A stretch of 64,000 nt of DNA from Macrostomum lignano (lineage: Eukaryota), in assembly GCA_002269645.1 (NCBI GenBank), contig NIVC01000064.1, forward strand, positions 496,001 to 560,000, read 5' to 3'. Position numbers and translations under genes: made by a program. Positions 48,324 through 59,599 of the stretch are shown here, one piece after another; the stretch's first letter is position 1; every line of letters begins with the position of its first letter. The notes below the pieces were generated by a model. That model was not told where the DNA came from. It was given only the letters and a program-made list of their open reading frames with translations, and made no database searches.

Positions 48324-48969
48324 GGAAAACAGTCCCGGGATCCCGGGATCCTGAAATCCCGGGATTCTAAATCCCGGGATCACACTTGTTCGGGATTCGA
48401 AAATCCCGGGATTGACCGTCGGGATTCCGATTCCGGTTTGCAATAATTCAATCATTCATTCTCGAGTAGCAGTATCTGCAGCTGAGCTACTGTCAGGTGA
48501 AAATCATAACCCAGTTGGCCTGCTTTGATTATTTATTAATCTTTTAAACATGCAGGCTAGTGAGAAGGCTTGGGCAGCAGGGATACAATGCTGAAGCTGT
48601 TGGAAGATCGTAGGAGATTCCAGGTGCAATAATGTACGTGCAACTGTGTGCATATGGTAGTCGCAGACAAATTTAATTAGTTATATTATAAAACCTGTGC
48701 ACAGAGTCTAAAGCAATAGAGGCCAATTCCTCATTGTTTCCGATCACAGCGCTATAGCTTGCCAGACGGGAGTCAATCATTGTTCATTTAAACTCCCTCT
48801 ATCTCAAACCCAGATTAAATCAGGGGGTCTCGACGTTGCGCAGATCAGAAGCCCCCCCCCCCTATGCCCTATGCGAAATACCTCATTCTTAGCTCTGTCA
48901 GGACACACTTTAGATGCCCAGCATAGGGGGTGGTGGCAGAACTACATGAACTTTAAGCAGTCCCTACCT

Positions 48970-50423
48970 TCAAAACTCCTTGGCCGTATAGTTGGGATTA
49001 GGGAAGTGGGACCTTGCTATCGGACCACAACCCAAGCTACCAGTTCTCCATCTAAGGGCGGGTGCCTCTGGGAGGGTGAGTTCTGATCCTCTGTAAGCTA
49101 TCATTCCCCAGGTTACATCACAATCAAGTGGGATTTTCCTGAGCTGATACTGGCATGTAAAAAAGCACGTCTACTGGCAAAGTCCGGGATATCCCAATCC
49201 CGAGGATCCCGGGATTGGCAAAGTCCGGGATATCCCGATCCCGAGAATCCCCGGATTGGCAAAGTCCGGGATATCCCGATCCCGAGAATCCCCGGATTGG
49301 CAAAGTCCGGGATATCCCGATCCCGAGAATCCCGGATTGGCAAAGTCCGGGATATCCCATCCCGAGAATCCCGGGATTGGCAAAGTCCGGGATATCCCGA
49401 TCCCGAGAATCCCGGGATTGGCAAAACTCGAGATTTTGTATTCCCTACCTACCACCCGCTCGCCTGCTTCGGCATTTGGCGGCTGTGAATTCGTTGCTCT
49501 GCATCGGAATTTGATGAGCAGCTGAACTGGACTGCTCACAGACTGACTCTGGCTATAAATCCAAAAATTCTTTCCTTTATAATCTGCATCTCCATTTAAA
49601 GGATCGACTGTTATTAAATATAAACACTGGACAGTGGCAAATATGTCTGCAGTCCCAGTTATCCGAGTATTCCAATTCAATTAATTTAGTCGTATTTCAT
49701 TCTCATTCCTGCTCTCCCAGTCTCACCCCTGCTCTACCAGTCTCACTCCTGCTCTCCCAGTCTCACTCCTGCTCTCCCAGTCTCACTCCTGCTCTCCCAG
49801 TCTCACCCCTGCTCTCACAGTCTCACCCCAACTCTCCCAGTCTCACCCCCAGTCTACCAGTCTCACCCCAACTCTCAGTCCCACCCCCAGTCTACCAGTC
49901 TCACCCCAACTCTCACAGTCTCACCCAACTCTCACAGTCTCATCCCCAGTCTACCAGTCTCACCCCAACTCTCACAGTCTCACCCAACTCTCACAGTCTC
50001 ATCCCCAGTCTACCAGTCTCACCCCAACTCTCACAGTCTCACCCCCAGTCTACCAGTCTCACCCCAACTCTCAGTCTCAACCCAACTCTCACAATCTCAC
50101 CCCAACTCTCACAGTCTCACCCCCAGTCTACCAGTCTCACCCCAACTCTCAGTCTCAACCCAACTCTCACAATCTCACCCCAACTCTCACAGTCTAACCC
50201 CAACTTTCACAGTCTCACCCAACTCTCACAGTCTCACCCCCACTCTACCAGTCTCACCCGAACTCTCACAGTCTCACCCCAAACTCTCACAATCTCACCC
50301 CACTACTTAAAAACAATCAGTGTATCTGGTATGGCTCAGAGAAAAATAAAGAGGCTTCTATCTGCTATGACTCACCACGCCTTTATTCTCTACTTTACTG
50401 TATACATGTACATACAATTTCAT
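48970..50423 (-). CDS. Candidate 3-exon gene of unknown function (133 aa); exons 50423-50376, 49626-49453, 49149-48970
   Basis: GTGAGT and GTAGGT donors, pyrimidine+CAG acceptors, all phase 0, open throughout; each intron holds its own tandem array. No family recognised. Confidence 0.42.
49175..49425. repeat. ~41-bp minisatellite (GGCAAAGTCCGGGATATCCCGATCCCGAGAATCCCCGGATT); related CCCGGGAT cluster at 48330-48435
   Basis: About 6 copies. Confidence 0.9.
49710..50300. repeat. ~20-bp C-rich degenerate minisatellite (CAGTCTCACCCCAACTCTCA)
   Basis: Direct tandem copies. Confidence 0.9.
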
Positions 50424-51359
50424 TATGCTGTTTCTATAATGCACGATAGAAGTAGCTAAAAGCAGAGAGAGCGCGCCGAGCCGAGTCCATGTTCTATAAA
50501 AAAAGTATCGAATGACAGGAAACAGAGTAAAGTAGAAAGCAGCGCAATACAAGCTGAAAGGCCATGCTTGCAAGCGGTCATGGACCGCTAAAAATAAGTG
50601 AATACATGTACCAGTCCAAGATACATGCTAAGAGAAGTCCTTGTCCTGTACTTGTCTGAGAATTTGTCGAATCACATGACTAGAACTGAAAGGAAATAGT
50701 TTTGCTAACACGCTCTGTTTACTTAAATAGCAAATTTCTGAACTTCTAAACCAGCACAAGCACAGACTAATCTGTGCAAAGGGGGAACTTTCGGTGCGAG
50801 CAAACTTCTGCCTTTTTCATGCAACTGTCAGTCACTTCAGTTGGAAAGAAAGAATAGAAAAGCATCTGCCGTTCTTTAGTGAAACGTTTAGCCCAATGAC
50901 TAACCGATGAAAGGGAACTAACCAAACTCTGTCCGATACTCATGTCTAAAAATAGAACCTAGGAGGATTGCCCAAGGCAAAGCAGCGGACTTCCCCTGGC
51001 CTTGCCGTGGGCTGCCCATTATTGAGTGTACAGTGTTTGGGTACACAATGGAAAATTTGTACAATCCGATAGTCCTCCAGACAAGCCGTCTATAAAAAAT
51101 TCTCTGACAGCAATACGAAAGCTTTATAACGATAATAAATCAATCAGGCCAAGAGCTTTACAGACTAACTGAAGAGTCTAAATATCGCAGTGTGCTCTCT
51201 AACATTCTTTATAGAATATCGATCGAAGGCCTCTGGTAAGCTACAATTACAATAATCGTAAAAGCTTATAAAATATTGATTAACTATAATATTCACTGAT
51301 ACTAAACCCCTGTGTTATCTCAGATCTCTGCAATCAATCATCTAAGCAAGCTGCAACAG

Positions 51360-51587
51360 ATGAAGCTAAAATTTCTTTCAACAAATTCGGATGCTGTGAA
51401 GAAGCAGGAGTCAAAGCCAGCGGCTACTAAATTATCTACAAACAGTTTATCAGCAGGCAGCAACAGCAGCAGCAGAAGCAGCAGCAGCGGTCAAGTTTAT
51501 CCCAGCCAAATTGCTCGCTACAGAGCCTTCCCACCTTTCCCAGTACCCGTCATGCTCTGGTCGAGCAGAAAATCGAATCCCAGCTGA
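51360..51587 (+). CDS. Micropeptide paralogue 1 (75 aa from ATG 51360), motif GQVYPSQIARYRAFPPFPVPV
   Basis: Open frame after the CTCAG acceptor at 51323; its C-terminal motif is shared with the ORF at 54059-54246, with mostly synonymous differences. Confidence 0.55.
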   Translation: MKLKFLSTNSDAVKKQESKPAATKLSTNSLSAGSNSSSRSSSSGQVYPSQIARYRAFPPFPVPVMLWSSRKSNPS

Positions 51588-51954
51588 AAAGAAGTGCATT
51601 GTTATTGTTCAACTTCTGTACAACTTCTGAACAATTCAATTGCTATACATGTAGTTCCGTTTCATAGGGTGAATTCATTTTGTGCAACAATAATTGCTTT
51701 CCTATTTATTTATCAAAGCATTTTGTTAAAATGCAGCGTTTTTGAACCATTCGTTTCCATGGCCTTTCTGCTTTTATGCCCCAATGTACCCGGTAAACTT
51801 ATTATGATGCACTCACGGGTTTTGTACAGGTAATTATTGAATTCTATGAGCTTGAAATACAGACTCAAATGTAACTAAGCACAGTTATGAGAAGTCAAAT
51901 TTGTGATTTTGAGCCTTAATAAATAATTTGGGTGGGGAGTGGGGACCTGCGGCC

Positions 51955-52930
51955 ACTATTAAATGACTTGAGGAGGACTGTGACCCCGTTGAATGACTTG
52001 GGGAGGACTGTGACCCCGTTGAATGACATGGGGAGAACTGTGACCCCGTTGAATGACATGGGGAGAACTGTGACCCCTTTGAATGACCTGGGGAGGACTG
52101 TGACCCCGTTGAATGACATGGGGAGAACTGTGACCCCTTTGAATGACATGGGGAGGACTGTGACCCCTTTGAATGACATGGGGAGAACTGTGACCCCGTT
52201 GAATGACATGGGGAGAACTGTGACCCCTTTGAATGACATGGGGAGAACTGTGACCCCGTTGAATGACATGGGGAGACTGTGACCCCGTTGAATGACATGG
52301 GGAGAACTGTGACCCCGTTGAATGACATGGGGAGAACTGTGACCCCGTTGAATGACATGGGGAGAACTGTGACCCCGTTGAATGACATGGGGAGGACTGT
52401 GACCACCATTGAATGACATGGGGAGAACTGTGACCCCGTTGAATGACATGGGGAGAACTGTGACCCCGTTGAATGACATGGGGAGAACTGTGACCCCGTT
52501 GAATGACATGGGGAGAACTGTGACCCCTTTGAATGACATGGGGAGAACTGTGACCCCGTTGAATGACATGGGGAGAACTGTGACCCCGTTGAATGACATG
52601 GGGAGGACTGTGACCCCGTTGAATGACATGGGGAGGACTGTGACCACCATTGAATGACATGGGGAGGACTGTGACCACCATTGAATGACATGGGGAGGAC
52701 TGTGACCACCATTGAATGACATGGGGAGGACTGTGACCACCATTGAATGACATGGGGAGAACTGTGACCACCATTGAATGACATGGGGAGGACTGTGACC
52801 CCTTTTGAATGACCTGGGGAGGACTGTACTGACCCCACTAATTGCCTCTGGATAATTAGGATTACCGCGATCCCTGCTAAAAAAGGGGGCCTGGGGGACT
52901 GTGACCCCCTCCTAAATGACTGTGACCTCA
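51955..52930. repeat. 30-bp minisatellite (TGAATGACATGGGGAGAACTGTGACCCCGT)
   Basis: About 30 copies lying between the two micropeptide genes. Confidence 0.95.
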
Positions 52931-53459
52931 CCTCCGCTCAACAAAGTTTTATAAAAACTCTGCTGGTAAATTAAACACAATAAACGTGCTCAACAATCAG
53001 CAAAGTCGTTAACAATTGCGTCTTGTTTACTTGAGATCGGCGCAATAATAAACTTGGGCCTCATTGGTCCACTTTGCTCTGATAAGAGCATAATACAAAG
53101 GAAGCATTTCAAAGTGTTCGGCAATATACCAGCCCTGACAGTGTTATGAATGGTGGGGGTGGGGGTTGTAGAAGCATTTGTGAAAGAATTGACTGTTTAG
53201 CACTCCATTATCAAAGCCCTACCAGTTCTGCAAGTGGCTTGTACAATTTTTAGGCCGGGGGAAGGGGGGTCTGCACGGCCTTTCATGTACATATAAATAC
53301 ACATGTGGTAAGTTCAATGTTGCAAATAAATATATTGAAATTAAAACATTCTTTTCACTGCCAAGGACGCTAGAGGCAAATACCGCGGCATTCTGTACTG
53401 CGTAAAATATTCTATTATCTGATATTCCAATATTTATGCTGCTTGTAGTTGCTTACGCA

Positions 53460-54246
53460 ATGAACTTTATGGAAAGATTGTATTGCAAAGTTGCTGGTAA
53501 GTAGTATATTTATTAATCTTATTATTTCAATTCGAGCTTTAGTCACAACCTCAGAAAGGTCTCTTGGCTGCAGGTTATCACAACAGTCTCTTTACTTAAG
53601 TATGCAGAGTGTCACAACAGACTCCTGACTGAAGAATGCAGAGTGTCACAACAGACTCCTGACTGAAGGATACAGAGGGTCACAGCAGACTCCTGACTGA
53701 AGAATGCAGAGTGTCACAACAGACTCCTGACTGAAGAATGCAGAGTGTCACAACAGACTCCTGACTGAAGGATACAGAGGGTCACAACAGACTCCTGACT
53801 GAAGAATGCAGAGGGTCACAACAGACTCCTGACTGAAGGATACAGAGGGTCACAACAGACTCCTGACTGAAGGATACAGAGTGTCACAACAGACTCCTGA
53901 CTGAAGAATGCAGAGGGTCACAACAGACTCCTGACTGAAGGATATAGAGGGTCACAACAGACTCCTGACTGAAGAATTCAAAGGGTCACAACAGACTCCT
54001 GATCCATTTTTATCGATATCAAGCTGCATTTTTGTACATTGTTTCATATTTTCCGCAGATTTCCTCAAAAAGTTCAGACCGAAGGATTCCCAATCGAAGA
54101 CCGTCGAGCCGAGTCTCAAAACTTCAGCAGGTGGTCGAGTTTACTCGCGCCAGATCTCTTCGAAATTCGCCTTTCCACCAGCTCCCGTACCTGTCGTGTT
54201 TAATTGCGATCAGGTGTGGAATCTGCCTTGTCGCAAAGCTGACTGA
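53460..54246 (+). CDS. Micropeptide paralogue 2 (74 aa); exons 53460-53496 and 54059-54246, motif GRVYSRQISSKFAFPPAPVPV
   Basis: G|GTAAGT phase-1 donor and TTCCGCAG acceptor join in frame; the intron holds a 34-bp array. The start could be ATG 53436, 53460 or 53469. Not present in the supplied ORF track. Confidence 0.55.
53590..54002. repeat. 34-bp minisatellite in the intron of micropeptide 2 (GAGTGTCACAACAGACTCCTGACTGAAGAATGCA)
   Basis: About 12 copies. Confidence 0.94.
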
Positions 54247-55139
54247 TGAGCACCAGCTGCCGGTGTGTTATTAACAACTTTTAAAGTGTTTTAAAATAAA
54301 AATGCAAATGTATTTTTAAGCATTTTTTAGGTTATCGACTATTTAGTAGCATGTGCATGCCTGCAGTACTTATAAGTAGTTCATTAATGGTAATAAATAA
54401 AAGTCCAAATCAACATTCAACAACATTCTAAGATCATTCTAAGATCGCCTACACTGCTCACTACTTATACTTCATTGCCAAATAATTTTATTGTTTACAA
54501 GCCGCAAAGCTTATCGTTCGACAATCGCGCATCAACTTGGACCCCCGTCTCCCAATAGACTAAATAAAGCAAATACAAGAAAAGCTCCGGGATATAACGG
54601 CCAAATACAGTCAAATGCAGTCACAAAGTTTTAGGGTGAATAAAGATTTTTTTCCTAGCTTTTAAGAGTATTTTTTGTTGACAAGTGAGCCGTCAATTTT
54701 TGTTCTTAAAAAACGGAACGTCTTAGTCTTGTCCTCGTCCTTCTAGAATCTACATCGAACTAGATCTAGCTTAATCGAATAGCATGGAACTACATGTAGG
54801 ACCTGAAGTTGACAATCACGAATGTTAATTTTAAAAAAATAACGAAAGATTTAAATTTCGAAATAGTTTATTGAACGACATGGAGATTCACCGCAAACTT
54901 CGAAGTAATCAATGGTCAAACGTACTGTACAAATATTCCTGTGCCTACTGTCAGTAGTAAAGATACAATACTCTAACTGTCTTAAACTACTTTCATTTTA
55001 AAAAACTACATTTTTGCAATATTTTCATCTCTTTCTAGTACTATTTCTATTCTAGTACTGTTTTGAAAAAATGCACATTTACATTTTTTTAATTTACTGT
55101 GTTTACCACATGTTCCATTACAAATATTTTAAAACTACA

Positions 55140-55900
55140 CAGAGTTATTCCTGTTCATAAAAAGGGTGATAAGACCCAAACATTTATCGTCCAATATCTT
55201 TAACAACTAACTCGTAACTCGTCCCCAGTGTCCGCAGTGTCCCTCCTGGGCTACGCCCCTGAGTCTCAATTACTTGGAAACAAACAAGTTATACTCAGAA
55301 ACATTGAAAAGTCGCCACACTCGTAGGACCTATGCAATACTTTCATACCTTACTGGTTTGTCCACCTGTTTCTTTTGGTGACCCAGACCTCAATATTTTT
55401 TTAATAAAGTTAAACTATACTTGGTCTCATAATTGATAATGGATTTAAAAGAGCTCTGAGCACCTTATAACCCAGAGTAGAAAAGCAGCTTCTATGCCTT
55501 CTACATCTTATTTCTTTAACTCATTTGACTAACTTATATAAAGCTAAAAGTACATGCGTAAACCAATCAATGAGCACTGTTCCATTTTAAGGAGATCTGC
55601 CAGTCAGTCCCATCTTAATTTATTGAACCATGTGGAGCAGAAGGCTGCCAGGATCATTGGTGACTCCTTCAAGTTTCCATACAGACTTAGCACTCGCAAA
55701 ACTGCTGGTGGACTTGCTTTTGTCCATGGACTTCTGCGGGGTCAGGGGCTCCAGTGAACTTCAGCAGCTCCACCATCATTTGGCTACACAGTCACACTGT
55801 GGTCTCCGTTCCATCAGCAAACAGCACAGCACACCTCTAAGCTTCCTTTGTCTAGAACAGAGCAACAGAAGCGGTGCTTCATTCCCACTCACTGTAAATT
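55140..55900 (+). mobile_element. Heavily deleted CR1/L2-like non-LTR retrotransposon relic
   Basis: VIPVHKKGDK and, after a frameshift, YRPISLT at about 55145-55207; post-RT SHLNLLNHVEQKAARIIG at about 55600-55660. Confidence 0.6.
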
Positions 55901-56049
55901 ATGAAATGCTCTACCTGCAGCATTAGCTAATCCTGACATCAAGCCAATCTATTTTAAAGAGCCAGGTGTCTCAAAGTTTTTAGGCTTCTCTTTTTCCCTT
56001 GTCTTGTTCTCCTTTCATCCCTCTCCCTTAGTCTTTCTTCACTTCCTTT

Positions 56050-57870
56050 CCTGTCGGAGACAATCGCATCGGGGCTCATCACCAGGGCGCCGAGGTACCA
56101 GAAGTCCTCGCACACCGCGATACGGACTCCATTGGGCAGCGTGAGAGTTGGGGCGGTATTCGTGCCCACGTGCAGCGCCTCCGTCTTGCGAGCGTTCACC
56201 AGCAGCCCAACACGGTCATCCTCGTCGCAGGGCCTTGTGAGAGCGCGCTGGGCAGCAGCTGGATCGCGGCAGAGCCAGCGCGATGTCGTCAGCATACGCG
56301 AGAGCAGGAAGCGAAACAGCGAAACAGGAAGCGAAACAGCTTCGGCGTGTGACCAGCAAGCAGCTGTCATTCTCGTGGAGGGACCGCCGAAGCACGTATT
56401 CCACAACCACGAGGAATTGCAGAGGAGCCAGCGTGTCGCCCAGAAGGACGCCTGAGCTGGTGCTGAACTCTTCTGTGGGGCCGTCGCTCGACATGACAAA
56501 AGCTCTGGAGTCGCGGTAGAGGTCCATCACCGCGCTCACCAGCGCAGCACGTACGCCATAACGAGATAGAAGCCACGCGATCGCAGGCCTCGACACTGAG
56601 TCGCCTTCGTCGCCTTGCGAAAGTCGACGAAGATGATTGACACGGAGCGCTGGCGGGTCTTTCAGGCCTCGATGACAGAGCGGATGGTGACAACCTGCTC
56701 GGTGGTGGACCTGCCCGGGCGGAAGCCGCTTTGGAGGCTCAGCAGCAGCGGGCTGAGGCCGGGCAAGAGGCGGTTGCGCAGAATCGCGTTCAGCAGCTTC
56801 GGCGTTGTGCACTCCAGCGCGATGCCCCGCTGGTTGTCCAAGCTGGTGGAGACGCCTTTCTTCGTGATGGAGACAATCTTGGATGTGCGCGATTGCTGAG
56901 GAGCTGGGGCGGTTTCGTTGCCTCCAAGGCTGCAGTGCTTGTTCAGCAGGCAGGTGATGATTGTGGTGAGCTCGGGCAGCTTCAGGACCCTGGGAGGGAT
57001 GGCGTCCACCCAGCGGCGGCATCAGCTCGCATGGTCCTCAGTGCTCGGTCAACCTCATGCAGTGATGGGGCTGGTGTTGAAGGCGCCTGGCTAGGCTGGA
57101 GCGAAGTCTGGGATTTGCAGAAGAGGCGCAGTTGGAGCAGGCGCGTTGAGCACCTGGGTGGCCAGCAGGGCCTTGCGGTGCTCGTTGGAATCAGCGCCGA
57201 CGATGGTGTTGGGCCTGGGTTACCTACCAGTCAGCTGGTTGATGGTCCTCCAAGCAGCAATATGGCGGCAGTTGTCAGTTGTGAGTTGGATTTCGCTCAC
57301 AGCCTCTTTGATGAAGGCTTCAGTCCGCTGGGCGTATATGTGCTGAAGCTCGTCTCTGGCAGCACTGGCCTGGTCGCTGTCATGGCCGTGGAGTGCAGCC
57401 TGCACTGCACTGAAGTGCATTCTGCAGCAGCACTGCCTGCAGCAGAAGGTACGCCTGTTCCGCGCGGCCGCCGAACCGATCCTGCTGTACGGCATGGAGG
57501 CTGTGCCGCTGACCGAAACGCGAGAGCGAGCCCTGGACGCGCTTTACCGATCATTGTTGCCCTACGCGCTGGGCGTGCACTACCCGGAGCGCCTGCTGTC
57601 CAACGCTCTGATGGCCCGCGCTGGAATTCCACCCCTGAGCGCCACCCAGCGCCAGCGCCATCAGATGCTGCTGGGCCACTGCCTACGGACCCTGGGTCGC
57701 GGTGCGCCCGTCCCTCTGGCCTTGGCCATGCTGCACCGGCCGACCAAATTGCGCCAGGCCCGCACTGCCACTCTATAACGGACTGCCTCATCGCTGACCT
57801 GCAGGCGCTTGAGCTGAGCCCTCAGGCTTCTGCTGCCTGCCCCTCCCGCCTGTTCTGTGAGCCTCCCTCT
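56050..57870. mobile_element. 5'-truncated RTE-like LINE with an internal inversion (RT core on - strand 57430->56050, C-terminal part on + strand 57437->57870)
   Basis: Minus strand: QRGIAL, QSGFRPGRSTTEQ, GVLLGDTLAP, LAYADDIAL, GLLVNARKTE, DFWYLG. Plus strand: KVRLFRAAAEPILLYGME, RAGIPPLS, LLGHCLR, DCLIADL. Several frameshifts. Confidence 0.88.
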
Positions 57871-59599
57871 GCGTCTCAATCTACAGTGTATACATACTTC
57901 TTTCCCCCTTTTCCTCTTCGTAGGCATGGTAAACCATTGGTGATATTGGTCTTTGACCACTCCCATCGCCCATGGCGAGATATATATTTGGTATATATAT
58001 CTAATATACGAATCTAATCTAATGTAATATATATAATATATCAAGTAATCTAATATATTAATAAATGAGTCGGATTTTGTAGCTTCAGCTCCCTGGCTCT
58101 CTGCTATAAGCGATCGATACATAGGAATCACGTGATTCGATCTGGATTTCTATGAATGCTACGAATTCGGGTATAAGAGAGGAAGGAGGAAGAGTTCCAG
58201 ATGCCATTTGTAGAAGTCCATGCTTCAGTCCTCGCCGGCTCGCCCGGCTCTACGCTCTGCCCCCCCAAACCCCGCTCTCCCACAGACCCCCGTCTCGCCC
58301 ATAGCAAACCTCTCCAATCTCTAACTACCCCGACGCGTACAGATGTACAGTGTGATAAAAGGAACTCTTACGGAAGTTCCTCTTTTAAGTGTCCTTCAGA
58401 GCACAGACGTGGTTCATTACGCAGTTAGTTCGCCTTGAAGCTTGCCATTAAACAGTGGGTGGCAACAAAGTACAATTCTATTTCCATTCTTGTTTGTATA
58501 GAATGGAAGTTCCTCATTGAAAAGCACACTGAAATGTGCATTCATGTATTCAAGTTCCTTCTATGCATGTACGCTAGATGCCCGTACAGATTATTTTACT
58601 GTTCCGGTTAAAAATCGAAAAAGGGAACTTTTCTTCCCTGTTCTTCTCTTAATCCTAGTACTTAGCAATCGAAGAATAAAGGCAGGAAACCAAAGATTTA
58701 TTTAATTAAAAATACAAACGGAATATAGAAAAAGTGAAATAAGCATGCAATAGATTTTATAATTGTTTTTCCTTAATTGTAATTTTCATGGTGGATTTTA
58801 ATGGTGCTTCTACTGACATTTCATGTTAGCGTTTAGTATGTAATGCAATTTGATACATGTGCATTTTTATAAATGTGTTGTTTTATTAATGTGCAGATGA
58901 ACTAAATTTATGTTAGCTTGTGGTAGCGTTCCTTCCCTTATTTTCTTTCGTTTCTGATTATCTTCTGTTTTTCCAACTCGACATTTTTACTACATTAAAT
59001 ACACAGGTAAATTATTTTGCTGTCCTTTTGGCTCGATCCTTTTGCTAATTTGGCATGCTATTGCATGCGTGGATAGCATTTTCCTGTGGTTGGATTCTAA
59101 TTTCGTTTCTTGCTTCGCTTCCGCATATTTAGCGTGACGAAACTTCCTAATTAAGCAGTTCCCCTCTAGCACTGCGAAGACCAAAATAGAACCTTGGTCT
59201 GTGGTAGTCCGTTTCCAGCACAAACGTCTCAACTATCCACAAGGAAAGTCTGAGCACTGGGTCCAGGCTCCAGCCCATTTTTCTTCCTAGCTTTGTGCGG
59301 CATTTTAGAAATCATCCGCTTTGAATCATCAGAATCCCCTAGGCAACGCGCTTCCGCACACTGTCCCGTGCTATTTTAAATGGCTGCGTACTTAGCCTGT
59401 AGTTCCTCGTTATAGAGCGTACACCACTGAATTTATAAATATAAAGTTGACTCCCTTTCCAGGAAAATCACCTCCCTTTCTCAGTAAAGCCATTTTCAGG
59501 GTTAACTGCACTAGATAGCTATTGCAGTCTGCTGGCTAGGCAATAGAAGGCAATGTCTCTCTATTGATGTTTTTTTGCATCAATATTCGTGCGTTATCA

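Noticed and set aside
3385-49425. Many array units contain a 6-bp palindrome (AGATCT, AAGCTT, GGCGCC, CCATGG, GTGCAC, CAATTG, TGTACA, GATATC)
   Set aside because: About 10 of roughly 33 arrays have one. For units of about 22 bp the chance expectation is near 22/64, or about one third, so no enrichment is evident.
3354-53000. Long ORFs such as 3354-4331, 12757-13386, 16712-18061, 24621-25871, 29985-30843, 32753-33910, 42551-43096, 47544-48455 and 51885-52931
   Set aside because: They are translations of tandem arrays whose units lack stops in some frame. They are open in several frames and on both strands, and many lie inside introns of CKAP5 or other genes.
22920-54002. CRISPR-like arrays (30-44 bp units at 22920, 39545, 46794, 49175, 51955, 53590)
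   Set aside because: Units are head-to-tail with no unique spacers, no cas genes are present, and the DNA is eukaryotic.
56731-58017. 428-aa plus-strand ORF
   Set aside because: Mostly the antisense of the inverted LINE RT segment; only its last part (ITDCLIADL) is genuine element C-terminus reached by frameshift.
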